DNA from: an uncultured Alistipes sp.
Lineage (GTDB): Bacteria; Bacteroidota; Bacteroidia; Bacteroidales; Rikenellaceae
DNA: 64,000 bases
Assembly: GCA_900768045.1 (NCBI GenBank)
Contig: CAAGBL010000095.1
Span: 7,936-71,935, forward strand
Direction: 5' to 3'
Under the pieces are notes generated by a model. It was not told where the DNA came from. It made no database searches and saw nothing but the letters and a program-made list of their open reading frames with translations. Position 1 is the stretch's first letter; each line of letters opens with the position of its first letter. This document shows, piece after piece, positions 54,844 to 64,000 of the stretch. A program made the position numbers and the translations under genes.

Positions 54844-55683
54844 CTATTTCGTAAGTTTTAGAGCTACCCACTCCTCCTCTTGGAGCTTGGTTACAAGCTT
54901 GAGGTTTAGGGCGTTAGCGGCTGCAAGAATATCCTCTACGTCGCCCTCGAGAAATCCACTCAGGAGCAGTGTTCCTCCGCAGTTGAGGGCAGCCTCGTAG
55001 CGAGCTATATCCTCGAGGATAATGTTGCGGTTGATGTTTGCCATTACGAGGTCGTATGTGCGGCCTTCTATGTTCTCTACCGTGCCGAGGATAATCTCCA
55101 TCTTGTGGCTAATGCCGTTAAGCTCAGCCGCCTCACGGGCACTCTCGGTCGACCAAATGTCAATATCTATGGCATCTACCCACTCGGCACCACACTTTAG
55201 CGCTGCAATGGACAATACACCTGTGCCACAACCCACGTCGAGAGCACGTCCTGAAGCCTTGCAGTCGAGTATGTGGCGACACATCATGCGTGTTGTGTGG
55301 TGGTGTCCCGAGCCAAACGACATCTTGGGTGTTACAATAATATCCATGATTGAGGGGGCGGGTGCTGGGTGGTGTGGAGCACGAATTACGATGCTATTAT
55401 CAATCTCCACTGGCTGGAAGCTCTCCGCCTCCCATGTAGAGTTCCAGTTCTCGTCCTCTATTTCGCTCTCGCTTGTAATCTTGCCAAACTCCTCGATTGC
55501 CTCGATTGCCTCGTTGCGACACGACTCCCAGTCCTCGCTCTTGCGATAGGCATAAAGTGTTACGCCCTCAGCCTCAGCTATGGTGTCGAAGCTCTCGAAC
55601 TCGTAGTCGGCGAGATAGGCGGTGATAATCTCTGCTATCTCCTCGCTTGGGCAAGCAACTTGTAACTCTATGTATTGTTTCAT
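54844..55683 (-). CDS. prmA: Ribosomal protein L11 methyltransferase (start MKQYIEL)
   Basis: PKMSFGSGHHHTT, LDVGCGTGVL, ANINRN, LLSGF. Confidence 0.93.
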   Translation of the reverse strand: MKQYIELQVACPSEEIAEIITAYLADYEFESFDTIAEAEGVTLYAYRKSEDWESCRNEAIEAIEEFGKITSESEIEDENWNSTWEAESFQPVEIDNSIVIRAPHHPAPAPSIMDIIVTPKMSFGSGHHHTTRMMCRHILDCKASGRALDVGCGTGVLSIAALKCGAEWVDAIDIDIWSTESAREAAELNGISHKMEIILGTVENIEGRTYDLVMANINRNIILEDIARYEAALNCGGTLLLSGFLEGDVEDILAAANALNLKLVTKLQEEEWVALKLTK

Positions 55684-55758
55684 AGCAACTAAAAATTGAT
55701 AAACAATAACAATATTATGTAAAATTTTTGTATCTTTACCGACAAAGATACGAATATT

Positions 55759-56667
55759 ATGGCAGAGAGTGCTAAAAAGTGGGAGAAAATTAATGGTGAG
55801 TATCGTCGATACATAAAGTTCGAGAAGCGATTGTCGGATAATAGTGTCGATGCCTATATGCGCGATTTTGAGGAGTTTAGCCACTTTGTGATGCGCCATT
55901 GGGATATAAGAGCCGAGGAGGTTGCGTCGGAGCATATCGAGCGATATATGGCGTGGTTGTATGACGAGGGACTTAGTAGCGCTTCACAGGCTCGCCGCCT
56001 TAGTGGTGTTAAGAGCTTCTACAACTTCCTGCTCCTCAAAGATCGTGTCGAGCAGCTACCCACCGAGGGCGTTGTAGCACCCAAGGCCGCACGATTGCTT
56101 CCCGATACGCTGACTCTTGAGGAGATTGATGCCATGCTCGCCACGTTCGATATTCGTACTGCCAAAGGGTGTCGTGATAGTGCAATTGTCGAGGTGTTGT
56201 ATTCGTGTGGATTGCGTGTCTCGGAGCTTACCTCGCTACGCCTCCAAGACCTCTTCTTTGGCGAAGGCTATGTGCGTGTTATTGGTAAGGGCGATAAGCA
56301 GCGAATAGTGCCTGTGAGCTCCGCTGCCCGTGATAAGATTCAGCTATACATGGAGTTTCGTCAGCCTAAGCGTAGCTCCGAGCCAACACTCTTTCTTAAT
56401 AACCGAGGGTTGCCGCTAACACGTGTTATGGTCTTTAACATAATCAAGACGGCGGCACGCAGTGCGGGTATTACTAAGCAGATTAGTCCCCACACCCTGC
56501 GCCACTCCTACGCCACGCACCTCTTGGAGGGCGGTGCTAACATTCGTCAGGTGCAGGAGCTGCTCGGCCATGAGAGCATCGAGACCACAGAGATATATAC
56601 CCACCTCGATAGCCACCGACTACGCAGTGTTGTTGAGGATTCGTTTGCTGATATCGATTTAAGGTAG
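55759..56667 (+). CDS. xerD: Tyrosine recombinase XerD
   Basis: LYSCGLRVSEL, GKGDKQR, HTLRHSYATHLL, LLGH..I.TTEIYTH; housekeeping context. Confidence 0.88.
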   Translation: MAESAKKWEKINGEYRRYIKFEKRLSDNSVDAYMRDFEEFSHFVMRHWDIRAEEVASEHIERYMAWLYDEGLSSASQARRLSGVKSFYNFLLLKDRVEQLPTEGVVAPKAARLLPDTLTLEEIDAMLATFDIRTAKGCRDSAIVEVLYSCGLRVSELTSLRLQDLFFGEGYVRVIGKGDKQRIVPVSSAARDKIQLYMEFRQPKRSSEPTLFLNNRGLPLTRVMVFNIIKTAARSAGITKQISPHTLRHSYATHLLEGGANIRQVQELLGHESIETTEIYTHLDSHRLRSVVEDSFADIDLR

Positions 56668-56687
56668 AACATGTCTTAATGTAATTT

Positions 56688-57662
56688 ATGATAGCTATGA
56701 GAAGAGTTTTAGTGCTAATGGCGATGATTTTCTCTGCCTCGATGCTCTGGGCACAAGGCGTCGAGAGCGAGGTTCGTATAGAGTGCAACTGGGGTAAGCT
56801 CAGTGCTACGCTTGCCTCGCCTGTGGCTGGTAGTGACACCGCAGTTGTGATTGTTGCTGGCTCTGGACCAACAGATAGAAATGGTAATTCGGCGCTAAAC
56901 CTAAATACTTACTGCTATAAGCTACTCTCCGATGGCCTCGTTCGAGAGGGGTATGCCGTGTTGCGCTACGACAAGCGAGCTATTGGGCAGAGTGTAATTC
57001 CGATGGAGGATATCCCAAACCTTATTTTCGACGACTATGTCGATGATGTTGAAGAGGTTGTTCGCTATCTTCGTGCGGAGGGCTTCAAGCGTATATTCAT
57101 CGCAGGACATAGCGAGGGCGGCCTTATTGCCCTTGTTGCGGCAAATCGAGGTGTCGAGGTCGACGGCTTAGTCCTGCTTGCGGCGCCTGGATATCCTATG
57201 GACGAGATATTGCGCACACAGCTTCGAGCGCAGCTTATGCCTCAGTATATGGCACTTATGCTCCAGGCCGACATGATTCTTCGCTCGCTAAAGGCAGGTA
57301 ACACATATCCCGACGATAAGATTGCTAAGGAGCTCTTGTCGCTGTTCCACTCGTCGATACAGCCATTCCTCATCAACAGCATGCAGTACAACCCACAGCA
57401 GTTGGCTGCAAATATTACTAAGCCTATGTTGGTGGTGTGTGGCGGAAACGATATTCAGGTGAGCACGGATAATGGCGAGGTAATAGCTAAGTCGGCGCCT
57501 AATGCCGAGTTGAGGGTGTTCGAGAATATGACGCACGTACTCAAGGATTGGGCCTCGAACGACCGCATTGAGCAGCTTGTGAACGTCTATGTAAACTCGC
57601 AGATGCCTCTTACTGAGGGCCTTGTATCCAATATTTCGCAATTTATTAAAACCGCTAAATAA
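56688..57662 (+). CDS. Secreted alpha/beta hydrolase
   Basis: AGSGPTDRNGN, RYDKR, GHSEG, D.QV, M.HVLK. Confidence 0.88.
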   Translation: MIAMRRVLVLMAMIFSASMLWAQGVESEVRIECNWGKLSATLASPVAGSDTAVVIVAGSGPTDRNGNSALNLNTYCYKLLSDGLVREGYAVLRYDKRAIGQSVIPMEDIPNLIFDDYVDDVEEVVRYLRAEGFKRIFIAGHSEGGLIALVAANRGVEVDGLVLLAAPGYPMDEILRTQLRAQLMPQYMALMLQADMILRSLKAGNTYPDDKIAKELLSLFHSSIQPFLINSMQYNPQQLAANITKPMLVVCGGNDIQVSTDNGEVIAKSAPNAELRVFENMTHVLKDWASNDRIEQLVNVYVNSQMPLTEGLVSNISQFIKTAK

Positions 57663-57671
57663 TTTGTGCCT

Positions 57672-58394
57672 ATGTCACTTTTTTCACGTCTTTTTGGTGG
57701 CAAACCCGCCATGCCCGCCTATACGAGCGACGAGCTAACAATCAATGGTAAAACGCTAAAGCTAACCTTTTTTGCTCATGCTTCAGTGGCTCTCGAGTAC
57801 GAAGGTCGACACATCTATATTGATCCTGTTATGGGTAATGCCGAGTATGACAAGCTCCCTAAGGCCGACATGATTTTGGTTACGCACTCGCACTACGACC
57901 ACTTCGACATGGCAGCTATCGAGGCGTTGCAGACTCCCGATACTCGTATTCTCTTGGATAAGACCTCTGCCGAGGGCTTCCAAGGCGACTGCTACACGAT
58001 GCTGCCAGGCGCTAAGGCCGAGCCTTTTGCCGATATTAAGGTCGAGGCTGTTGCGGCCTACAACACATCGGAGGCGCAGCTACAGTTCCACCCTAAGGAG
58101 CGTGAAGATTGTGGCTATGTTGTTGTCTTAGACGATGCTGTGCGCATCTACTTCTCGGGCGACACAGAGCCTACGCCCGAGTTGCGAGCATTGCAGAGTA
58201 TTGATATAGCCTTTGTGTGTGTAAATCAGCCATATACCATGAAGCCTGAGCAGGCTGTTGAGGCTGTCAAGGCGCTTCGTCCGCAGATATACTATCCTTA
58301 CCACTATGGTCAGGTTGATGAGCCTACCGACGTTGAGGCGTTGGCTCGTATGCTTGAGGGAGTGTGCGATGTTAGAATCAGAGAGTTGGCATAG
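57672..58394 (+). CDS. MBL-fold metallo-hydrolase
   Basis: THSHYDH, SGDT, PYHY motifs. Confidence 0.88.
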   Translation: MSLFSRLFGGKPAMPAYTSDELTINGKTLKLTFFAHASVALEYEGRHIYIDPVMGNAEYDKLPKADMILVTHSHYDHFDMAAIEALQTPDTRILLDKTSAEGFQGDCYTMLPGAKAEPFADIKVEAVAAYNTSEAQLQFHPKEREDCGYVVVLDDAVRIYFSGDTEPTPELRALQSIDIAFVCVNQPYTMKPEQAVEAVKALRPQIYYPYHYGQVDEPTDVEALARMLEGVCDVRIRELA

Positions 58395-59862
58395 AGGATT
58401 CTCGCTTGAGAAGTTAGGGCGTCGATTGCAATCGGTGCCCCTCTTTTTATTACTTCTCCCCTACGTGCTCGGCATTCTCCTCGCCGATGCCGTTATTGTG
58501 CCCGACTGGGTGCTTGTTGTGGTCTTCGTCGCAGCTGTTTTTATCGTTGAGTTGTGGGGTAGGATTAGGCTACTCTCTATGATGGCAGTCTCGGTTGCTG
58601 TGCTCGGCTTCGGATATATGACAACCACACTACTGCGCCCCACGTGCGATATCGCCGATGGGGAGTATGTCAATGCCCGTGTGCGTGTCGATGATATTCC
58701 CACTGAGCGTGACGGTTATCGCCTCTCGCATGGCGTTATCGAGTCGTTGCAGAGGGACTCCGTTTCCGAGATTACAAATTATGCGGTGCTGTTGTGGATA
58801 CGCAACGACTCGATTCGTGAGGGCGATGTTGTGGAGCTACATACAAGGTTCCGTAGCCGCCTTTCACGCCATGAGGCCTACGACAGATTGCTGCGCAACC
58901 GTGGCTTTGTGGGTGGCGTAGGTGTTGACGATAAGAGCATAATTAGCATCGAGCATTCAATAAAACAGCGACTGCAAAATAGGGCTATACGCAAACTCGA
59001 ACGATACATGAGCGATAGCGTAACTCACTCTACCGTTGAGGCTATGGTTGTGGGCTCACGTCGCCTTGAACCGCACAATCTTCGTGAGGCATACTCTCGA
59101 ACAGGACTCTCGCATCTTATGGCGCTCTCGGGACTTCATCTTGGCATCGTGGTAATGGTTGTTGCGATATTGTTGATACCTATTGTCCTATTTAGACATG
59201 GGCATAGGTGGCATAATGTGGCTGTTGTCGTGGCGTTGTGGATATATGTCGTTATGTCGGGAGCCTCGGCATCGTTGGTGCGCTCGGCGCTTATGTTTAG
59301 CGTAATGCACCTTGCGATGATGTCGTCGATGCGCTATAACTCGCTAAATGCACTCGCCACAGCACTCTTTGCCATGCTTATCTATCGCCCGACATACCTT
59401 TACGACATAAGTTTCCAGCTCTCGGCCGTGGCAGTTATAGGTATCGTTGTGTGGGGCGTACCGCTTATGCGCAGGGTGGCGCAGACAAAATCAATAATAC
59501 GGCTCTTGCTCACAACCCTCATTATCGGCATTACTGCAACGTTGTGGACAATGCCTATTGTGTCGCATAGCTTTGGTAATATCCCATATATGGGTGTTGT
59601 GGTAACGCCCGTGGCTATGCTAACGGCCTATGCTATTGTTTGTTGCGGAATATTCGTGTTGCTCTTGCCACACCCCGTAGCCCTGCCCTTTGGCTGGGTT
59701 ATGGAGCATGCGGCAAGAGTGCAAAATGGGTTTGTTGAGTGGGTTGCCCAGTGGGAGTGGGTGGCACTAAATTACCAGCTCTCAGGGGTGGGTGTGGCAA
59801 TTATTTACACACTCTATGCGATAATTACCCTCGGAGTGTGGTCGTTATGCGAAAAAAAGTGA
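58369..59862 (+). CDS. comEC: ComEC/Rec2 competence family protein
   Basis: GLSHLMALSGLHLG, SLVRSALM, DISFQLS motifs. Confidence 0.88.
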   Translation: MLESESWHRGFSLEKLGRRLQSVPLFLLLLPYVLGILLADAVIVPDWVLVVVFVAAVFIVELWGRIRLLSMMAVSVAVLGFGYMTTTLLRPTCDIADGEYVNARVRVDDIPTERDGYRLSHGVIESLQRDSVSEITNYAVLLWIRNDSIREGDVVELHTRFRSRLSRHEAYDRLLRNRGFVGGVGVDDKSIISIEHSIKQRLQNRAIRKLERYMSDSVTHSTVEAMVVGSRRLEPHNLREAYSRTGLSHLMALSGLHLGIVVMVVAILLIPIVLFRHGHRWHNVAVVVALWIYVVMSGASASLVRSALMFSVMHLAMMSSMRYNSLNALATALFAMLIYRPTYLYDISFQLSAVAVIGIVVWGVPLMRRVAQTKSIIRLLLTTLIIGITATLWTMPIVSHSFGNIPYMGVVVTPVAMLTAYAIVCCGIFVLLLPHPVALPFGWVMEHAARVQNGFVEWVAQWEWVALNYQLSGVGVAIIYTLYAIITLGVWSLCEKK

Positions 59863-59877
59863 TAACTTTGTAAGTTG

Positions 59878-61038
59878 ATGAGCGATATTTATAACATAGC
59901 GATACTCTCGCAGTGCGATGTACGTGAGGCTGTTGAGCGAAATATCGAGCGTGATGCCTCAGCTATTGCGCTGGATAGACGTGTGCCCCATTCGTCGGTT
60001 GTAGCTACTCAGGTAAAGTATCTGCAACGTGCTCGCCGAAAGCTGCCACGCATGTATGAGACACGCTGCATTCTTCCGCCCCGAGCCTTTGAGCAGTCGT
60101 CGAGCGAGGAGTCGGCAGAGCGTAAACCCATATCGGGAGGCTCGGTGCTCGATCTTACGTGTGGCCTTGGTGTCGATACCATGGCTCTGGCTCGTAGGTT
60201 TGAACGTGTGGTGTCGCTCGAGCGTGACGAGGCTCTGGCCGAGGTTGTGCGCTATAACCTTGGGTTAATGGGCATTACGAATGTCGCTGTCGTAAGCTCT
60301 TCGGCCGAAGAGTATGTTGCCACATGTGACAAGAAGTTCGACTGGGTGTTTGTCGATCCCGACCGTCGCTCGGCCGAGGGTAATAAGATGGTCTGCATCG
60401 AAGATTGCTCACCCAACATATTGGCTCTTATGCCACAGCTACAACATATAGCGCCACGCATAGCCATAAAGCTCTCGCCAATGTTCGATTGCGCCGAGGC
60501 ATTTCGCCTACTGTCGCCCGCTGAGGTAGAGGTTGTTAGCCTTGGTGGCGAGTGCAAAGAGCTGAATATATATACAGGCGCTGAGTGTGATATGCTGCGT
60601 GTTGCTGTGGCTGGTGTTGGCGAGTGGTGTTTTAGCCCCGAGGCTATGCATGTAGCAGCTAACGGCGGTAGTGTCGAAGAGGGTGAGTGGAGGTATCTTC
60701 ATCTTCCAGATGTTGCTTTGCAGAAGGCTCGTGTTGCCATCGCACAACTTGCCCCCTATGCCTCAATTTGGAGCAATAACGGCTTTGCTTTGTCGTGCGA
60801 GCCGCTACCATGCGAGCTTGGCTGTAGAAGCTATGAGATAGAGTCTGTGGAGGAGTATCGCCCCAAGGAGCTTAAGCGTAGGTTTAAGGGTGTAGGTATC
60901 GACATTCTGAAGCGAGATACATCACTCTCGGTAGACGCTGTGCGTAAGGCTCTTGGTGCTCGAGCTGGCAGTGAGCAGCTATTAGCGATTACCACAATCC
61001 AAGGTCGTAACTATGTCATAATACTAAAGAGTAAGTAG
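59878..61038 (+). CDS. Class I SAM-dependent methyltransferase (THUMP-like family)
   Basis: EQSSSE, DLTCGLGVD, DPDRR, KLSPM motifs. Confidence 0.85.
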   Translation: MSDIYNIAILSQCDVREAVERNIERDASAIALDRRVPHSSVVATQVKYLQRARRKLPRMYETRCILPPRAFEQSSSEESAERKPISGGSVLDLTCGLGVDTMALARRFERVVSLERDEALAEVVRYNLGLMGITNVAVVSSSAEEYVATCDKKFDWVFVDPDRRSAEGNKMVCIEDCSPNILALMPQLQHIAPRIAIKLSPMFDCAEAFRLLSPAEVEVVSLGGECKELNIYTGAECDMLRVAVAGVGEWCFSPEAMHVAANGGSVEEGEWRYLHLPDVALQKARVAIAQLAPYASIWSNNGFALSCEPLPCELGCRSYEIESVEEYRPKELKRRFKGVGIDILKRDTSLSVDAVRKALGARAGSEQLLAITTIQGRNYVIILKSK

Positions 61039-61057
61039 CTAACCCAATAATATAGAA

Positions 61058-62767
61058 GTGAGACATCTTATTAGATATATCGAGCATACTATCCATAATA
61101 GGTTGCTCAGTTTTTCGCCCGATGCCAGTCGTGCCTACAATATCTTTGTGCATGGCTATCGTCAGCTATATTATACTATTCGTAGCCGTAAGCTGCATCG
61201 CACCTTTGTTGATAGTGCAGCCCTCACGCTCCACACTCTTTTTGCGGCTATACCGCTCCTGGCCTTTATCCTTATCATACTTGGTCGCTTGGGTGCTTGG
61301 CAGCCCGTTGAGGCGAGCCTCCGCAAGGGCTTTAGCGATTGGGGCGACCTTATCGACTCGCTGTTGATTGCAGCCAATAGCGCAGCCGAGAATCTTCCTA
61401 ATGGCATCTTTGCAATCATCGGTCTTGGCTCGATGATGTGGTTTGTATTTATCGTGTTTCGAGGTGTTGAAGGGGCCTTTAATCATATCTGGGGCGTGCG
61501 TGCCAAACGAGGTCTTATTAAGCGATATGTGTCATATACTCTGATAGTTATCTTTGTGCCTATCCTCTGGGGCTTCGCAACGACCTTTACCATGGAGGCC
61601 TTTCTCTGGTCGGGACTATCGAACGATATTAGCAGTGGTGTTTCACGCCTTATATCCATTGCCGTTACGGCATTCGGCACTGCCTTGCTCTATAAATATC
61701 TACCCCATGCTCAGGTGCGCTGGCGCTATGCCCTTATTATAGGTACGTTTGTCGGCGTGGTGCTCATGTTGTGGCAGTGGGGATATGTCTATATTCAGGG
61801 CTATATGACAGCCTATAACGCCATTTATGGTAGTTTTACTGCTATACCGTTGTTTATAATCTGGTTGCAGGTGTCGTGGAATATTATATTGTTTGGCTGT
61901 GAGCTCTGTTGCGTATGGCAAAATACAGACTACTACGAAACGATAGATGCTCGACGTTTGGGTATTAAGCAGCTAAGAAACAAGGCTATTGTACGTGTTG
62001 TTATCGTGGGCTCAGGAAATGTGGCTGAGGCCTTTGCTCGCACACTTACGGTTAATAGACACGTCTTGCTACAGCAGATTTTTGCTCGCAACGAGGAGCG
62101 AGGTCGCTCACTCGCCTCACAAACAAATACCGTATGGACAAATCGCCCCGAGGAGCTTGCCGATGCCGACATCTATATCATTTCGGTTAGCGACCGTGCC
62201 GTCGAAGAGGTGGCACATACTCTGCCCTTTAAGCGAGGCTCTATTGTTGTTCACACGGCGGGCAGCGTCGCTCTGTCGGTGCTTCCAAATGAGGGTGTTA
62301 GCCGAGGGATTCTCTATGCCTTTCAGAGCTTTAGTGCTGGTCGTCAAATATCGCTTAGCAAGGTACCTATATTCATTGAGGCTGAGGACGAGGCTACGAA
62401 GGAGCGCCTTGCAGAGTTTGCGCACTTCATCTCGGAGCGTGTTGCCGAGGCCGACAGCGAGCGTCGCAGGTCGATACACCTCGCAGGAGTCTTTGTAAAT
62501 AACTTCACAAACAACCTCTACGCCCTTGGTGCCGATATTATGGCCCAGGCTGAGCTCAACTACGATATGCTTAAGCCTCTTATCGAGGAGACTGCCGCCA
62601 AGGCTGTTGCTACGCACAACCCTCGTAAGGTGCAGACGGGCCCTGCCGTTCGTGGCGATAGGGCTGTGTGTGACAAGCACTTAGAGATGTTGGCTGGTGA
62701 CGATATAAAGCAGAAAATATATAAAGATATAACTGAGAGTATATGGGAAACTTCAAAGAAGATATAG
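61058..62767 (+). CDS. YihY/BrkB membrane domain fused to a Rossmann/DUF2520 oxidoreductase
   Basis: AALT..TLFA..P, FNHIWGV, YNAIYGSF (YihY); then VGSGNVA, HTAGS, H.AGVF.NNF.N, QTGPAVRGD. Confidence 0.85.
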   Translation: MRHLIRYIEHTIHNRLLSFSPDASRAYNIFVHGYRQLYYTIRSRKLHRTFVDSAALTLHTLFAAIPLLAFILIILGRLGAWQPVEASLRKGFSDWGDLIDSLLIAANSAAENLPNGIFAIIGLGSMMWFVFIVFRGVEGAFNHIWGVRAKRGLIKRYVSYTLIVIFVPILWGFATTFTMEAFLWSGLSNDISSGVSRLISIAVTAFGTALLYKYLPHAQVRWRYALIIGTFVGVVLMLWQWGYVYIQGYMTAYNAIYGSFTAIPLFIIWLQVSWNIILFGCELCCVWQNTDYYETIDARRLGIKQLRNKAIVRVVIVGSGNVAEAFARTLTVNRHVLLQQIFARNEERGRSLASQTNTVWTNRPEELADADIYIISVSDRAVEEVAHTLPFKRGSIVVHTAGSVALSVLPNEGVSRGILYAFQSFSAGRQISLSKVPIFIEAEDEATKERLAEFAHFISERVAEADSERRRSIHLAGVFVNNFTNNLYALGADIMAQAELNYDMLKPLIEETAAKAVATHNPRKVQTGPAVRGDRAVCDKHLEMLAGDDIKQKIYKDITESIWETSKKI

Positions 62768-63282
62768 CGCTTGTCGAGGCTATTGTTCTCGATGTTGATG
62801 GTGTGATGACCGATGGTGGCATTATTCCGACGCCCGATGGCGACTTTATACGTCGCTATAGCGCCAAAGATGGCTATGCTATCGCCTCAGCTCTGCGTGA
62901 GGGCATGAAGATATGTGTTATCTCGGGTGGCCGAGGTCGCATGCTCGAGAATCGACTCACTATGCTTGGCGTTACGAAGATCTATCTTAACTGCATGGAT
63001 AAGGTTGTTGCTATGCACGAATTTTTTGCCGAGCACAATATCAATCCTGAGAATGTGATATATATGGGCGACGACATTCCCGACTTGGAGTGTATGCGCT
63101 TGGTGGGCATCCCCGTTTGTCCTGCCGATGCATGTATGGAGGTTGTCGAGGCCTCACGCTACGTCTCGGAGTTTAATGGCGGCCATGGTGCTGTGCGAGA
63201 TATTATTGAGCAGGTTATGCGAGCGCAAGATAAGTGGGCTAAAAACCTTAAGGGAGTCTTAGGTTTGCCCGCCTCACATTAA
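62743..63282 (+). CDS. kdsC: KDO 8-phosphate phosphatase (HAD)
   Basis: DVDGVMTDG, KDG, YMGDDIPD, GG.GAVR. Confidence 0.9.
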   Translation: MGNFKEDIALVEAIVLDVDGVMTDGGIIPTPDGDFIRRYSAKDGYAIASALREGMKICVISGGRGRMLENRLTMLGVTKIYLNCMDKVVAMHEFFAEHNINPENVIYMGDDIPDLECMRLVGIPVCPADACMEVVEASRYVSEFNGGHGAVRDIIEQVMRAQDKWAKNLKGVLGLPASH

Positions 63283-63299
63283 GAACTATTTTGCCAAAT

Positions 63300-64000
63300 A
63301 TGAATAGCAAGAAATACGACATATTTATAAGCTACTCATCGCATGACACAGAGCATGTTATGAGTCTGTGTAACTATCTCGAGCAGCACAACCTACGCTG
63401 CTTTGTTGCACATCGTGACATCCCTCGTGGTGTGGTGTGGGCAAGGTCTATTGTCGAGGCCATAGAGTCTAGCCGCATGATGATTGTTGTATTCTCCAAG
63501 GCGTTCAACGAGTCGGAGCATGTGGATCGTGAGATTGAGCTTGCGTGCGAGGCAAAGATGCCGATATTGTCGGTGAGGCTTTCGGCAGATGTATATACTG
63601 GCGCTAAGCGCTACTATCTAAATAATATCAACTGGATAGATGCCTACCCCGAGCCAAGCCGTGTCTATGATGATGTGTTGCAGAGCATCACGTGTCTTAT
63701 TTGTGGCGAGTCTGAGAACAAGGTTGAAACGCCAAGCGTTGCTTCGAAGCAGGTTAAGGGGAGTAGACGAAGATGGTCTGTGCGCCACACCATATTTTTT
63801 GCTATGTTGTTGGCATTATGCGTAGGTGTAGCTCTCTATTGTGCGTTCAATGTGGGCGGTGAACCATGCTATAATGTGGGCGACTACTACAACCAAAACA
63901 ACAAGGAGGGCGTGGTATTCCAGGTGTGGGACGGAGGTCGTCATGGCAAGCTCGTGAGCATGGACGAGGCGGAGCTAAAGTGGTGTAGCGATGAGCAATA
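63300..64000 (+). CDS. TIR-domain membrane protein, 3'-partial (not in ORF track)
   Basis: Manual translation: YDIFISYSSHD...RCFVAHRDIP...IVEAIESS..MIVVFS....SEHVDREIELA, a TM helix, then CYNVGDYY...EGVVFQV..GGRHGKLVS. Confidence 0.85.
   Translation, partial: MNSKKYDIFISYSSHDTEHVMSLCNYLEQHNLRCFVAHRDIPRGVVWARSIVEAIESSRMMIVVFSKAFNESEHVDREIELACEAKMPILSVRLSADVYTGAKRYYLNNINWIDAYPEPSRVYDDVLQSITCLICGESENKVETPSVASKQVKGSRRRWSVRHTIFFAMLLALCVGVALYCAFNVGGEPCYNVGDYYNQNNKEGVVFQVWDGGRHGKLVSMDEAELKWCSDEQ

Noticed and set aside
55759..56667. Integrase of the prophage or of another island
   Set aside because: Typical XerD among housekeeping genes; the prophage uses a DDE transposase.

Overview
Bacteroidales chromosome segment, with gene content suggesting a Rikenellaceae/Alistipes-like host. 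Positions 1 to ~33610 are a Mu-like transposable prophage with a siphovirus-type tail; its other end lies left of the window. From right to left it has the terminal region inserted into a host vWA gene, a CI-like repressor, and a leftward early operon (Cro/Ner-like, MuA, MuB, second ATPase, DUF4406, GemA-like, Tad1-like, DUF3164, late activator candidate). Two late operons diverge from a dyad-symmetric promoter at ~15620: packaging, portal and MuF rightward; protease, capsid, lysis and tail leftward. Positions ~33900-64000 are mostly host housekeeping genes (rbfA, folK, holB, trmH, rsgA, prmA, xerD, comEC, kdsC), plus an AT-rich orphan gene between long hairpins and a partial TIR-domain gene. 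Main signals read from the sequence: (1) a textbook -1 frameshift signal (T_TTT_TTT, 6 nt, 7-bp GC hairpin) that would fuse the portal to a MuF protein carrying a PD-(D/E)xK/CdiA-C-like nuclease, whose own ORF lacks a good start; (2) no immunity ORF after this toxin, but a convergent promoter, structured ~75-nt RNA and terminator, a candidate RNA antitoxin; (3) three tRNA-like cloverleaves with non-canonical anticodon arms in the early operon; (4) a Tad1-like anti-defence sponge with an extra N-terminal domain; (5) five arrays of TTTGAA at 11-bp period spread along the prophage. All family assignments come from motif recognition by eye; no database searches were run.
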